A stretch of DNA of 64,000 bases, from positions 15,119 to 79,118 of the forward strand of contig DVLO01000007.1 of the NCBI GenBank assembly GCA_018715495.1, read 5' to 3'. The number at the start of each line of letters is the position of its first letter. The first letter of the stretch is position 1. This document shows, one piece after another, positions 19,248 through 33,413 of this stretch. The position numbers and the translations under genes were made by a program. The notes beneath the pieces were generated by a model that was given only the letters and a program-made list of their open reading frames with translations, searched no databases and was not told the origin of the DNA. Origin of the DNA: Candidatus Limihabitans stercoravium (GTDB lineage: Bacteria > Bacillota > Clostridia > Christensenellales > CAG-314).

Positions 19248-19354
19248 TGTTTTCAATCCTCCTGAATTTTGAATTGTTCAAAATTATTTTTTAATATTTT
19301 AATTATAACTTATATTTTGTATTTGGTCTACACTTTTGCGTAAAGTTTTGACAA

Positions 19355-21454
19355 TTATTTTGTGGATTTTTCCTTGACCATCTTGTCTCTTACGCTCTTG
19401 GGAACTTCAGCAAAGTGGCTGAACTGCATTGTGTAGTTACCACGTCCCTGTGTACGGCTTCTCAAGTCTGTTGCGTAACCGAACATTTCTGCCAGAGGAA
19501 TGTTTGCATTGAGCACCTGCAAACCGTTGCGCAGTTCGATACCTTCAACGTTACCTCTACGGCTGGATACGTTACCCATTACGTCGCCCAGATATTCTTC
19601 GGGCATTGTAACTTCAACCTTCATCATGGGTTCGAGCAATACGGGGTTAGCCTTTTCAGCTGCGTTCTTGAATGCAAGTGAACCTGCAATCTTGAATGCC
19701 ATTTCACTACTGTCTACTGCGTGGAAGCTACCGTCGTAAACTGTAACCTTGAAGTCAACCATTTCGTAACCTGCAAGAGGTCCTGTCTTAGCTGCTTCCT
19801 GAATACCGTTGTTGATGGGTTGGATGTATTCCTTAGGAATGCTGCCACCAACTGTAGCATCGACGAATTCGTAGCCCTTGCCGGCTTCCAAAGGTTCCAT
19901 CCTGATCTTACAGTGACCGTATTGACCCTTACCACCGGACTGACGAACGTACTTGCCTTCAGCTTCAACGGCACGGGTGATTGTTTCACGGTAACTAACC
20001 TGAGGTTGACCAACGTTTGCTTCAACCTTGAATTCACGCAACAATCTGTCTACGATGATTTCCAAGTGAAGTTCGCCCATACCTGCAATGATTGTTTGAC
20101 CTGTTTCCTGGTCTGTGTAGGTCTTGAATGTGGGGTCTTCTTCAGCCAACTTGATCAAAGCCATGGTCATCTTTTCTTGACCTGCCTTGGTCTTGGGTTC
20201 GATAGCAACACGGATAACGGGATCGGGGAAGTTCATGCTGTCAAGAACGATGGGGTTCTTTTCATCACACAGAGTGTCACCTGTAGTAGTATCTTTCAGA
20301 CCTACCAAAGCAACGATTTCACCTGCGTAAGTTTCAGGAATTTCCTCACGTTGAGCTGCGTGCATCTGCAACACCTTGGTTACACGTTCACGCTTGCCCT
20401 TTGTAGCGTTGTAGATGTAAGAACCAGCTTGCAATGTACCGCTGTAAACACGAACATAAGCAAGTTTACCTACAAACGGGTCAGCTACGATCTTGAATGC
20501 AAGACCGCAGAAAGGTTCGTTGTCAGCTGTCTTACGAACAAGTTTAACTTCTTCGTTACCTACTTCGAAACCTTCAACGTGGTCAATGTCCACAGGAGAA
20601 GGAAGGTAATCGCAAACAGCGTCAAGCAACTTCTGGACACCCTTGTTCTTGTAAGCTGTACCGCACAAAACGGGGTTTACTTGCAAGTTCAGGACTGCCT
20701 TTCTCAAAGTCTTCTTGATTTCGTCTACTGACAAATCGCCTTCTTCGAAGAACTTTTCCATCAATGCGTCGTCTGTACCGGCAAGGAACTCAACCAATTC
20801 TTCGTGAGCCTTGTTGGTCTGTTCAACGTATTCAGCGGGAACTTCTTCTTCGTCAATCTTGATACCTTGAGGATCACGGTAGAAGTAAGCCTTCTTGGTG
20901 ATTACGTCAATGATACCAACGAAATTTTCTTCTTTACCAATTGGCAATTGAATGGGCAAAGCATTTGCCTTAAGTCTTGTACGCATCATGTCAACAACGT
21001 TTTCAAAGTTTGCACCGTTGATGTCCATCTTGTTGACAAATGCGATACGGGGAACATTGTACTTGGTAGCCTGATGCCATACGGTTTCAGACTGAGGTTC
21101 TACACCACCTTTAGCACAGAAAACTGCAACAGCGCCGTCCAATACACGCAAGGAACGTTCAACTTCTACTGTGAAGTCAACGTGTCCCGGAGTATCGATG
21201 AGGTTGATACGATAATCAACGCCGTCGTACTTGTTGATCCAGTGTACTGTTGTAGCAGCAGAAGCAATGGTGATACCACGTTCCTGTTCCTGCGCCATAC
21301 TGTCCATTACAGCTGTACCATCGTGTGTTTCACCGATCTTTCTTGTCTTACCGGAGAAAAACAGGATACGTTCGCTGGTTGTGGTCTTGCCGGCGTCGAT
21401 GTGCGCCATGATTCCGATGTTACGTACATTTTGCAAAGGATAAATTCTTGCCAT
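19355..21454 (-). CDS. fusA: Elongation factor G
   Basis: 699 aa. [22 protein letters not shown]. Confidence 0.98.
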   Translation of the reverse strand: MARIYPLQNVRNIGIMAHIDAGKTTTSERILFFSGKTRKIGETHDGTAVMDSMAQEQERGITIASAATTVHWINKYDGVDYRINLIDTPGHVDFTVEVERSLRVLDGAVAVFCAKGGVEPQSETVWHQATKYNVPRIAFVNKMDINGANFENVVDMMRTRLKANALPIQLPIGKEENFVGIIDVITKKAYFYRDPQGIKIDEEEVPAEYVEQTNKAHEELVEFLAGTDDALMEKFFEEGDLSVDEIKKTLRKAVLNLQVNPVLCGTAYKNKGVQKLLDAVCDYLPSPVDIDHVEGFEVGNEEVKLVRKTADNEPFCGLAFKIVADPFVGKLAYVRVYSGTLQAGSYIYNATKGKRERVTKVLQMHAAQREEIPETYAGEIVALVGLKDTTTGDTLCDEKNPIVLDSMNFPDPVIRVAIEPKTKAGQEKMTMALIKLAEEDPTFKTYTDQETGQTIIAGMGELHLEIIVDRLLREFKVEANVGQPQVSYRETITRAVEAEGKYVRQSGGKGQYGHCKIRMEPLEAGKGYEFVDATVGGSIPKEYIQPINNGIQEAAKTGPLAGYEMVDFKVTVYDGSFHAVDSSEMAFKIAGSLAFKNAAEKANPVLLEPMMKVEVTMPEEYLGDVMGNVSSRRGNVEGIELRNGLQVLNANIPLAEMFGYATDLRSRTQGRGNYTMQFSHFAEVPKSVRDKMVKEKSTK

Positions 21455-21471
21455 TGTGATTTAGACCTCTC

Positions 21472-21942
21472 TTACCATCTGAAATGTGCGAAAGCCTTGT
21501 TAGCTTCAGCCATTCTGTGAACGTCTTCTTTCTTCTTGAATGCAGAACCTGTCTGGTTGTAAGCGTCCATAAGTTCGCCTGCAAGTCTCAGATACATCTG
21601 CTTTTCACTACGCTTACGTGCGTACATTACCAACCATCTGATAGCAAGAGTTTGTCTTCTTTCAGGTCTGATTTCCATGGGAACCTGGTAGTTACTACCA
21701 CCTACACGTCTTGCTTTAACTTCCAACATAGGCATCAGGTTGTTGATTGCCTGTGTAAATACTTCGATAGGTTCAATGCCCATTTTTTCCTTGATTACGT
21801 CAAATGCGCCGTAAACAATTTCCTGAGCTGTACCCTTTTTACCGTCCAGCATAACCTGGTTGATAACTTTAGCTACAACCTTGTTGTTATACACGGGATC
21901 CGGTAAAACATCTCTCTTTGGAACACCACTTCTTCTTGGCAT
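21472..21942 (-). CDS. rpsG: 30S ribosomal protein S7
   Basis: 156 aa with canonical S7 sequence. Confidence 0.97.
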   Translation of the reverse strand: MPRRSGVPKRDVLPDPVYNNKVVAKVINQVMLDGKKGTAQEIVYGAFDVIKEKMGIEPIEVFTQAINNLMPMLEVKARRVGGSNYQVPMEIRPERRQTLAIRWLVMYARKRSEKQMYLRLAGELMDAYNQTGSAFKKKEDVHRMAEANKAFAHFRW

Positions 21943-22125
21943 TTCAATAAAGTCCTCCTTTTTAGAATTTTTAAGTTTAATTTTGTTTTACTATTACAGC
22001 CAACTCAACGAAACAACGTTTCGGAGAAACTTCTGCATTACTGCATACTGCTTAATAGTGACAGTCAAAATTAAATATCCGACTAATCACTAATTGAACT
22101 GTAAATTTGCACATCCAAGATTCAA

Positions 22126-22500
22126 TTACTTCTTGGGGCGCTTAGCACCGTACTTACTACGGCTTTGCTTACGGTTTGCAACACCGGATGCGTCCAATGT
22201 ACCACGGATGATGTGGTAACGGATACCGGGCAAGTCACGTACTCTGCCACCACGGATCAGAACAACGCTGTGTTCCTGAAGGTTGTGACCTTCACCGGGG
22301 ATGTAGCATGTACCTTCCATACCATTTGTACGACGTACTCTTGCAATCTTACGGAGAGCAGAGTTAGGCTTCTTAGGAGAAGTTGTTGTTACGTTCAAGC
22401 AAACGCCTCTCTTTTGAGGGCAGCTGTCCAACAAAGGTGACTTGCTCTTTTCAGCATCACTTCTTCTGCCATGTCTGATCAATTGGTTGATTGTAGCCAT
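22126..22500 (-). CDS. rpsL: 30S ribosomal protein S12
   Basis: [12 protein letters not shown]...[10 protein letters not shown]. Confidence 0.97.
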   Translation of the reverse strand: MATINQLIRHGRRSDAEKSKSPLLDSCPQKRGVCLNVTTTSPKKPNSALRKIARVRRTNGMEGTCYIPGEGHNLQEHSVVLIRGGRVRDLPGIRYHIIRGTLDASGVANRKQSRSKYGAKRPKK

Positions 22501-22598
22501 TTTTTGTTTACCTCCTTTTAATGATTTAGTCGGAAAAATTCCAAAAGTGTATTAAACGGATTACTCCGTCGATACCATGATAAAATGCAGTAGAGGGT

Positions 22599-22844
22599 CT
22601 ACTGCTGTTGCTTGAGCAGGCCAACGGCTGCGCTGTCCACTTCGATACCGAATCGCATTGCAATGCTCTTGCGTGTACCGTGGATTGTCAGTTCTATACC
22701 CTGTTGCTCAGCAAATGCCACAAGCTGCTCACGGTAATGACTGTCGGCGTCCCTTGCAACCATTATTGACGAAAGATTGCCTTTTTTACCCTCTTTCAGT
22801 ATCTGTCGCAAGCCGACTACATGTTTTTTGTCTATATGCGCCAT
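22599..22844 (-). CDS. Ribosomal protein L7Ae-family protein (YbxF/RplGB-like K-turn binder)
   Basis: Trimmed to MAHIDKK (81 aa). Aligns with B. subtilis YbxF (VARDAD...GIEV..AAVG). Conserved position between rpoC and rpsL. Confidence 0.8.
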   Translation of the reverse strand: MAHIDKKHVVGLRQILKEGKKGNLSSIMVARDADSHYREQLVAFAEQQGIELTIHGTRKSIAMRFGIEVDSAAVGLLKQQQ

Positions 22845-22987
22845 ATTCACCAACGTATATTCTACCAAAAGCCCGTGTTACCGTCAAGCGTTTTCACAAC
22901 AATTGCCGCAACAGCGAACCTTCGGGTAAAATCGATGATATCACACAGCGCCGGCGTTAATGCGCCGACGCTGTTGTTTTGTTTAGT

Positions 22988-26629
<3,642 letters not shown>

Positions 26630-26648
26630 TGTTTTTTACCTCCTTGGA

Positions 26649-29600
26649 TTAGTTGTTTTCGTCGTTTTCGTCGTCATCGCCGAACAAATCGTCAAGACCG
26701 TCATCTTTACCAAACAAGTCGTCAAGATCGTCTTCTTTGTCGTCTTCTTCGTCATCACCAAACAGGCTGTCCAGTGAGAAGTCGTCGTTCTTGTCGAAGT
26801 CGAATCCTTCGTCGGAAATGTCGCCAAGGTTGATTTCGTCGTCTTCGGTGAAGTTCTGCATCTGTTCCTTGGTCTTTTCCTTTTCACGCATTACAATGTC
26901 GTTGTAATCAGCTTCGTCATCCGATGCGTCACGAACGACAATTTCTTCGTTGTCGGCAGACAGTACCTTGATGTCAAGACCAAGAGATTGCAATTCCTTG
27001 ATCAAAACCTTGAAGGATTCCGGAACACCCGGGTCTGCAATGTTTTCGCCCTTGACAATGGATTCGTAGGTCTTTACACGTCCCACCACGTCGTCGGACT
27101 TGACTGTCAACATTTCTTGCAGTACGTTTGCTGCACCGTATGCTTCCAAAGCCCAAACTTCCATTTCACCGAAACGCTGACCGCCGCATTGAGCCTTACC
27201 GCCCAGAGGTTGTTGTGTAACAAGACTGTACGGTCCGATGCTTCTTGCGTGGATCTTGTCGTCAACCAGGTGGATGAGTTTCAGGTAGTACATGTAACCT
27301 ACCGTTACACGGTTTTCGAAAGGTTCACCTGTACGTCCGTCGTAAAGTTGAACTTTACCGTCAACTTCGCCCGTCTTGGGGTTGACCATTCCGTTTTGTT
27401 CGAACAATTGTCTGATTTCCGATTCGGTAGCACCGTCGAATACGGGAGTTGCAATCTTCCAGCCCAACATCTTGGCAATCAATCCCAAGTGAACTTCCAA
27501 TACCTGACCGATGTTCATACGTGAAGGTACGCCCAAGGGGTTAAGTACAATTTGCAACGGTGTGCCGTCTTCCATGAATGGCATGTCTTCTTCGGGAAGG
27601 ATACGTGAAACGACACCCTTGTTACCGTGACGTCCTGCCATCTTGTCGCCGACAGAAATCTTACGCTTTTGAGCGATGTAAACTCTTACCAGCTTGTTTA
27701 CGCCGGGATCGAGTTCGTCCTTGTTTTCTTTAGTGAATACCTTAACGTCTACAACGATACCGCCTTCGCCGTTGGGTACACGCAATGAAGTATCTCTGAC
27801 TTCTCTTGCCTTTTCAGAGAAGATTGCACGAAGCAGTCTTTCTTCGGGTGTGAGGTCGGTTTCGCCCTTAGGTGTAACCTTACCTACCAGAATATCACCG
27901 GGACGTACTTCGGCACCAACACGAATGATACCGTTTTCGTCCAGGTCTTTCAACGCATCTTCACCGACATTGGGGATGTCACGTGTAAATTCTTCCGGTC
28001 CCAACTTGGTTTCACGGGTTTCGATTTCGTGTTCTTCAATGTGGATAGATGTGAATGCGTCTTCTTTCACCAGTTTTTCCGAAATGAGTACGGCGTCTTC
28101 GTAGTTGTAACCTTCCCATGTCATAAAGCCGATCAAGATGTTACGTCCAAGCGCAAGTTCACCGCCTTCGGTACTGGGACCGTCTGCAAGAACTTGTCCT
28201 TTTTCTACGATGTCACCCTTCTTTACAAGTATCTTTTGGTTGATACATGTACCGGGGTTACTGCGTACAAACTTCTTCAATGTGTGGCTGACAAGTGTGC
28301 CGTCCTTTGTCTGAACGATGATCTGGTCGTCACTTGCCTTTACAACTGTACCGCTTGCTTCGGAAATGGTCATTACACCACTGTCGTAAGCGATACGTTC
28401 TTCAATACCTGTTGCAACGATGGGTGCTTCGGGTTTGATCAGCGGAACTGCCTGACGTTGCATGTTAGATCCCATCAACGCACGGTTGGTATCGTCGTTT
28501 TCAAGGAAAGGAATAAGCGATGTAGCAACTGAAATCAGCTGTCTGGGTGATACGTCAAGGAAATCTACCTTTTCAGCAGGGAATTCCAGGATTTCTTCTC
28601 TACGACGGCAAGTGATACGGTCGTTGATGAACCAGCCGTTTTCGTCCAATGGTTCGTTAGCCTGACCGATGATGTACTTGTCTTCTTCGTCAGCTGTAAG
28701 GTAAACAACTTCGTCTGTAACTGTGTGGTTTACCTTGTCAACACGTCTGTAAGGAGCTTCGATAAATCCGTATTCGTTGATACGTGCGTATCCCGCAAGT
28801 GACGTGATAAGACCGATGTTCTGACCTTCGGGAGTTTCGATAGGACACATTCTGCCGTAGTGAGTGTAGTGAACGTCACGAACTTCGAATGTTGCTCTGT
28901 CACGGTTCAGACCGCCGGGACCAAGTGCAGACAACTTACGTTTGTGTGTAAGTTCGGCAATGGGGTTGGACTGATCCATGAACTGTGACAACTGTGAAGA
29001 ACCGAAGAATTCCTTGATTGCACTGGAAACAGGACGTACGTTGATCAATGATTGAGGTGTTGCCTTGCCGGGTTCCTGAATAGCCATTCTTTCACGAATT
29101 ACTCTTTCAAGACGGGAAATACCGATACGGAATTGGTTTTGCAACAATTCGCCAACGCTGCGAACACGTCTGTTACCCAAGTGGTCGATGTTGTCATCAC
29201 TGCCGATACCGTGCTTCAGGTTGATGTTGTAGTTTACGGTAGACAGGATGTCTTCACGTGTGATGTGCTTGGGAATCAACAGGTCCTTGTTAGCCTTGAT
29301 TGTTTCCAATGTTTCTTCGAAGGACAAACCTTGTTCCAGAATTTCGTTCAATACAGCTGTGTTTACCATTTCCGTGATGCCCAACTGACGGAAATCTACT
29401 GTGCTGTAATTGCTGTCCTTGTTAGACAGGTAGTAAGCGATGTCAACTGTACCGTTACCCATTACCTTTACATTGTTACCCTTAGCAATGACGTAAACTT
29501 CGTTGATGCCGCTGTTCTGGATGTCACGTGCCTGTTTGGTTGTCAACACTGTGCCTTCTTCGTATTTGGCTGTAGGTGTTACAACTTCCTTAGCAAGAGC

Positions 29601-30473
29601 AAATCCCTTGATACGTTCTGCAAGGCAGAGCTTCTTGTTGAACTTGTAACGACCAACCTTAGCAAGGTCGTAACGCTTGTTGTCGAACAACAAATCGTCC
29701 AATGTCTTCTTGACGGATTCGTCTGTGGGGATTTCACCGGGACGCAGACGCTTGTAGATTTCAATCAGACCGCTGATCTGGTCGTAGGTTGTGTCCTTAG
29801 CAAGTGTATTGAAAATTGTAGGATCGTTGTCGAACACTTCGGCAATGGTCTTGTTGTCGTTCAAACCGATTGCACGCAACAACACTGTTGCAGGCAACTT
29901 TCTGTTACGGTCGATGTGAACGTACAGGATGTCGTTGGTTGCATCGTGATCGAATTCCAACCAAGCACCTCTTGATGGCATTGCAGTTGTGTTGTACTGC
30001 ATCTTGCCGTTCTTGTCAGGCGCAACAAGACAGTACACGCCGGGCGAACGTACCAACTGGCTGACAATTACACGTTCAGCACCATTTACAATGAAACTGC
30101 CTGTGTCTGTCATGCGGGGGAAGTCACCCATAAACACTTCTTGATCGACAAATTCACCCGTTCCCTTGTTGGTCAGACGAACGTTGATACGCAATGGACT
30201 TGCATATGTTACGTCTCTCAAACGGCATTCCGCTTCGGAATACTTGGGGGTGGGGTCAAGATGGTGTTGCAAAAACTCCAAGCGGAAGTGTCCGGCGTAG
30301 TCTTCGATGGGCGAAAAATCTTCAAACACTTCCTGAAGGCCTTCTTCTACAAAAGCACGGTAACTGTCCTTCTGTACTTCAATCAGGTTGGGCAAAGGCA
30401 AAACTTCTTTCGTCTTGGAAAAAGTCTTTCTTTCATGTGTACCGTATTTGACGGTACGGATGTCTTGTGCCAT
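26649..30473 (-). CDS. rpoB: DNA-directed RNA polymerase subunit beta, with an extended acidic C-terminal tail
   Basis: ATG at 30473 has AGGAGAG 7 nt upstream. Conserved beta-subunit blocks throughout. The last ~67 aa are about half Asp/Glu. Confidence 0.98.
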   Translation of the reverse strand: MAQDIRTVKYGTHERKTFSKTKEVLPLPNLIEVQKDSYRAFVEEGLQEVFEDFSPIEDYAGHFRLEFLQHHLDPTPKYSEAECRLRDVTYASPLRINVRLTNKGTGEFVDQEVFMGDFPRMTDTGSFIVNGAERVIVSQLVRSPGVYCLVAPDKNGKMQYNTTAMPSRGAWLEFDHDATNDILYVHIDRNRKLPATVLLRAIGLNDNKTIAEVFDNDPTIFNTLAKDTTYDQISGLIEIYKRLRPGEIPTDESVKKTLDDLLFDNKRYDLAKVGRYKFNKKLCLAERIKGFALAKEVVTPTAKYEEGTVLTTKQARDIQNSGINEVYVIAKGNNVKVMGNGTVDIAYYLSNKDSNYSTVDFRQLGITEMVNTAVLNEILEQGLSFEETLETIKANKDLLIPKHITREDILSTVNYNINLKHGIGSDDNIDHLGNRRVRSVGELLQNQFRIGISRLERVIRERMAIQEPGKATPQSLINVRPVSSAIKEFFGSSQLSQFMDQSNPIAELTHKRKLSALGPGGLNRDRATFEVRDVHYTHYGRMCPIETPEGQNIGLITSLAGYARINEYGFIEAPYRRVDKVNHTVTDEVVYLTADEEDKYIIGQANEPLDENGWFINDRITCRRREEILEFPAEKVDFLDVSPRQLISVATSLIPFLENDDTNRALMGSNMQRQAVPLIKPEAPIVATGIEERIAYDSGVMTISEASGTVVKASDDQIIVQTKDGTLVSHTLKKFVRSNPGTCINQKILVKKGDIVEKGQVLADGPSTEGGELALGRNILIGFMTWEGYNYEDAVLISEKLVKEDAFTSIHIEEHEIETRETKLGPEEFTRDIPNVGEDALKDLDENGIIRVGAEVRPGDILVGKVTPKGETDLTPEERLLRAIFSEKAREVRDTSLRVPNGEGGIVVDVKVFTKENKDELDPGVNKLVRVYIAQKRKISVGDKMAGRHGNKGVVSRILPEEDMPFMEDGTPLQIVLNPLGVPSRMNIGQVLEVHLGLIAKMLGWKIATPVFDGATESEIRQLFEQNGMVNPKTGEVDGKVQLYDGRTGEPFENRVTVGYMYYLKLIHLVDDKIHARSIGPYSLVTQQPLGGKAQCGGQRFGEMEVWALEAYGAANVLQEMLTVKSDDVVGRVKTYESIVKGENIADPGVPESFKVLIKELQSLGLDIKVLSADNEEIVVRDASDDEADYNDIVMREKEKTKEQMQNFTEDDEINLGDISDEGFDFDKNDDFSLDSLFGDDEEDDKEDDLDDLFGKDDGLDDLFGDDDENDENN

Positions 30474-30946
30474 TGACAATCTCTCCTAAAAATATTTTTT
30501 AAATTTAGTCGTAAACGCTTGCAAGCGACAATAAGTTGTTGTATATTCTAAACATCAAACGACTTACAATCCCTTGCACTTGCCTACGGCAAAGGGGACA
30601 ATTGCCCACAAAGGGCAAAATGCTACGATTATTATAATAGCACCCGTTGTGTCAATAGTCAAAGCATTTTTTCAAATATATTTTAAAAAATAAATCCAAC
30701 AAAATTTTTTCACTTTTGACGGCATTTCAGCCGTCATTTTTTATTTACTTCGGATTTCACTACCCACCACCAATCCCGCACACAATTTGAGTTAAAAGTG
30801 TAAAGTCACCGCCAACCGCCACCACAACACAAATGAAAGCAGCATTTCAGTCTTGCATTATATACCACCACCGCAGTTGAACGCCCGATACAAGATTTAA
30901 ATAATATAGAGTTTGCCCACCAACTCTTTTAAACTAAACAACACAA

Positions 30947-30975
30947 AAACAAAAAGCAGGAAGTCGCCTTCCTGC
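30947..30975 (-). terminator. Intrinsic terminator after the LRR lipoprotein gene
   Basis: Minus sense gcaggaag-gcga-cttcctgc followed by a T-run. Confidence 0.8.
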
Positions 30976-31022
30976 TTTTTTGAAACTATTTAGTTGTTTT
31001 TGAACAGCGTTGGTTAGTTGGA

Positions 31023-33272
31023 TTAACCCTTGTATCCCCACACAACAGAGTGAACAATATCAAAAAAAGAACCATTCCAATTAGTATTCCACCCCGATGG
31101 TTGGCTTTCCGCTTGGCAGTAAATTGTTAAATTTTTACAGTTGCCAAATGCACTGTACCCAATACTTGTTACACTTGATGGAATGAAAACACTGACTAAG
31201 CTACTACAACCATAGAATGTTCCACCTTCAATACTTGTTACACCTGATGGGATTTCGATGCCGAACAGACCGCTGCAATCATTGAATGCATAGTCACCAA
31301 TGCTTCTTACACCTGATGGAATGACAATACCGACCAGACTACTACACCCTGAAAATGCACTATTTCCAATACTTGTTACACTGGTTGGAATTACAATACT
31401 TGTCAAATCACTGCAACCAGAGAATGTGCCATCGGCAATGCAAGTTACACCGACGGGAATGACAATGCTTGCAAGACTGCTGCAATTCCAAAATGCATTC
31501 TCGCCGATACTTGTCACATCGGTTGGAATTTCAATGCTCGCTAAGCTACTGCAATATGAGAATGCGCTACTTCCTATACTTGTTACACTTGATGGAATCT
31601 CAACGCTCACTAGGCTGCTGCAATCATAGAATGCACTTTTTGCAACACTTTTTACATTTGATAGGATTTTAACAGCGACCACGTTGCTGTGTGCAAATGC
31701 TTGGCCTAAACCAACAACAGCCAATCCATCAATTTCCGATGGTACCGTCACAATGGTATCAGCCCCCTTCCACTTACTGAGATATATTCCACCCTCAACC
31801 AATACATAGTCATACTCTGCAGTGGATCCGACTCCTTTTATCCCCCACACAACAGGGCGATTGCTTGGGTTCCAATCAGCGTTCCAACCAATTGGTTGAC
31901 CTTCCACTCCACAGTAGATTGTCAATCCGCTGCAATTGGCGAATACATCTTGTCCGACGTTTGTTACACTTGATGGAACGATCACGCTTGTTAGTCTGTA
32001 GCAACCGTAGAATGCATTATCTTCAATACTTGTTACACTTGATGGAATTTCAATACTTGTCAATCTAGTGCAACCAAAGAACGAACTATTTCCAATACTT
32101 ACTACGCTTGAGGGAATGACTACACTTATCAGATTCCTGCAACCAGAGAATGCGCTTTCTCCGATACTTGTCACACTTGTGGGAATTACAACGCTTGTAA
32201 CGGAATGTTCAATGAATGCGCTACCACCTATACTCGTAACAAAACCATTGTGGTAGGACGGAATGATGATGTCGCTTCCCGCACCATTGTAACCAGTAAC
32301 AGCGACGCCGTTCTCCGTAGTCTTGAATTGAAATCCACTTGTTGCGACTGTAAACTTGGCGTAAAGCGTCATGTCCAACTGATCGATTTGCGTAACCCTT
32401 GTTGTAAAGTCGGGATCAACATACCAACCTTCAAATACATGGTCGTTCTTGCCTGCGTCCTTGAGTGTGTAGGGCAACTGACTGATTGTAATGGTAGTTG
32501 GATTTTCATTGAAACAATCTTCTGCATTGTTGTAGGTAACAGTGTATTCCACTTCCTGCCAACTTGCAACTAGGGTGACATCGCTTGCAATTGACCAGTT
32601 GCCTGTCAGCCCTACCTCGCTGTAATTGTTGTACCAACCCATAAATGTGTAATGCTCAGGTTCGGGAGATGGAAGCGTGTACTGATCGCCAAATGTTACT
32701 TCCATTGGTTCAATTTCTTGGCCTATACCAGTTTCGAATGTTACAGTGTAAGTATTTGCCTTCCAATGCGCGACAAGGGTTGTGTTTCTTGCAATGTTCC
32801 AAGTGCCACTTTCAACCTTGTTGTCACCGTTAAACCAATCAATGAATGTGTAACCTGTGCGTGTAGGCGTTGGCAATGTACAATCTTGTCCGTAAGTCAC
32901 TGAAACATCAGCAATAGAATTGTCACCCGTTTCAACAAAAGATACTATATATTTATTTGCTTTCCAATGTGCGGTGATTGTAATGTTTTGCGTAATGACA
33001 GTAGTATTCGTTACTTGTCCTGCATTTACACCTTCGCCGACAAACCAACCAATGAATGCGTATCCTATGCGTGTAGGAACAGGTAACTTCAAGTAACCGC
33101 CTTTGTCTATTTGAACAGTGGGCTGTTCGCTCATTTCACCACCATTTAGATCAAATACAACTGTGACTTTACCGGCAGGTTGTGGCGTTGGATTGCTTGG
33201 CTGACATGCTGCCAAAACAACAATAATTGTTAAAATCACAAGCACCGTTATGCCAAATTTTATTTTTTTCAT
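31023..33272 (-). CDS. Surface lipoprotein with Listeria-Bacteroides (InlB B-repeat-like) repeats and BspA-type leucine-rich repeats
   Basis: Trimmed to MKKIKFGITVLVILTIIVVLAAC (lipobox LAAC) with AAAGGGGTG upstream. About 4 GY(T/A)F.GW(F/Y) repeats, then about 13 copies of I.IPSSVTSIG..AF..C..L LRR_5-type repeats in two blocks. Confidence 0.85.
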   Translation of the reverse strand: MKKIKFGITVLVILTIIVVLAACQPSNPTPQPAGKVTVVFDLNGGEMSEQPTVQIDKGGYLKLPVPTRIGYAFIGWFVGEGVNAGQVTNTTVITQNITITAHWKANKYIVSFVETGDNSIADVSVTYGQDCTLPTPTRTGYTFIDWFNGDNKVESGTWNIARNTTLVAHWKANTYTVTFETGIGQEIEPMEVTFGDQYTLPSPEPEHYTFMGWYNNYSEVGLTGNWSIASDVTLVASWQEVEYTVTYNNAEDCFNENPTTITISQLPYTLKDAGKNDHVFEGWYVDPDFTTRVTQIDQLDMTLYAKFTVATSGFQFKTTENGVAVTGYNGAGSDIIIPSYHNGFVTSIGGSAFIEHSVTSVVIPTSVTSIGESAFSGCRNLISVVIPSSVVSIGNSSFFGCTRLTSIEIPSSVTSIEDNAFYGCYRLTSVIVPSSVTNVGQDVFANCSGLTIYCGVEGQPIGWNADWNPSNRPVVWGIKGVGSTAEYDYVLVEGGIYLSKWKGADTIVTVPSEIDGLAVVGLGQAFAHSNVVAVKILSNVKSVAKSAFYDCSSLVSVEIPSSVTSIGSSAFSYCSSLASIEIPTDVTSIGENAFWNCSSLASIVIPVGVTCIADGTFSGCSDLTSIVIPTSVTSIGNSAFSGCSSLVGIVIPSGVRSIGDYAFNDCSGLFGIEIPSGVTSIEGGTFYGCSSLVSVFIPSSVTSIGYSAFGNCKNLTIYCQAESQPSGWNTNWNGSFFDIVHSVVWGYKG
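31090..32290 (-). repeat. Tandem ~69-nt coding repeats (LRR_5/BspA-type), two blocks
   Basis: Recurrent ...acttgttacac(t/c)tgatggaat... units are visible in the DNA. The protein motif VTSIG.SAF occurs about 13 times. Confidence 0.75.
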
Positions 33273-33363
33273 ATTTGCACCCCTTTCATATATAATCATT
33301 ATACCACTGTGCCATACAAATTTCAATGATTTATACATAAATATTATACATGTTTTGCAACAC

Positions 33364-33391
33364 AAAAAAAGACATTGCGGGGTGCAATGTC
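33364..33391 (-). terminator. Intrinsic terminator after ispDF
   Basis: Minus sense gacattgc-acccc-gcaatgtc followed by 7 T. Confidence 0.8.
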
Positions 33392-33413
33392 TTGTGAAAA
33401 CTATATTTAATTG

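Noticed and set aside
18348-19265. 305-aa plus-strand ORF antisense to tuf. Similar long antisense ORFs occur at 1781..2677, 19721..20731, 25640..26833, 29052..29975, 40877..41710, 47799..48608 and 59091..59834.
   Set aside because: Each lies entirely opposite a highly conserved, confidently identified gene. They have no RBS, and their products are Cys/Val/Phe-rich with no protein-like features. Their length is explained by codon bias on the sense strand (few TTA/CTA/TCA codons).
26636-26907. Two ORFs (26636..26887 minus strand, 26653..26907 plus strand) with Thr/Lys-rich or Ser-rich products.
   Set aside because: They are alternative-frame or antisense readings of the repetitive GAT/GAA-rich rpoB tail. 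They are low-complexity artefacts.
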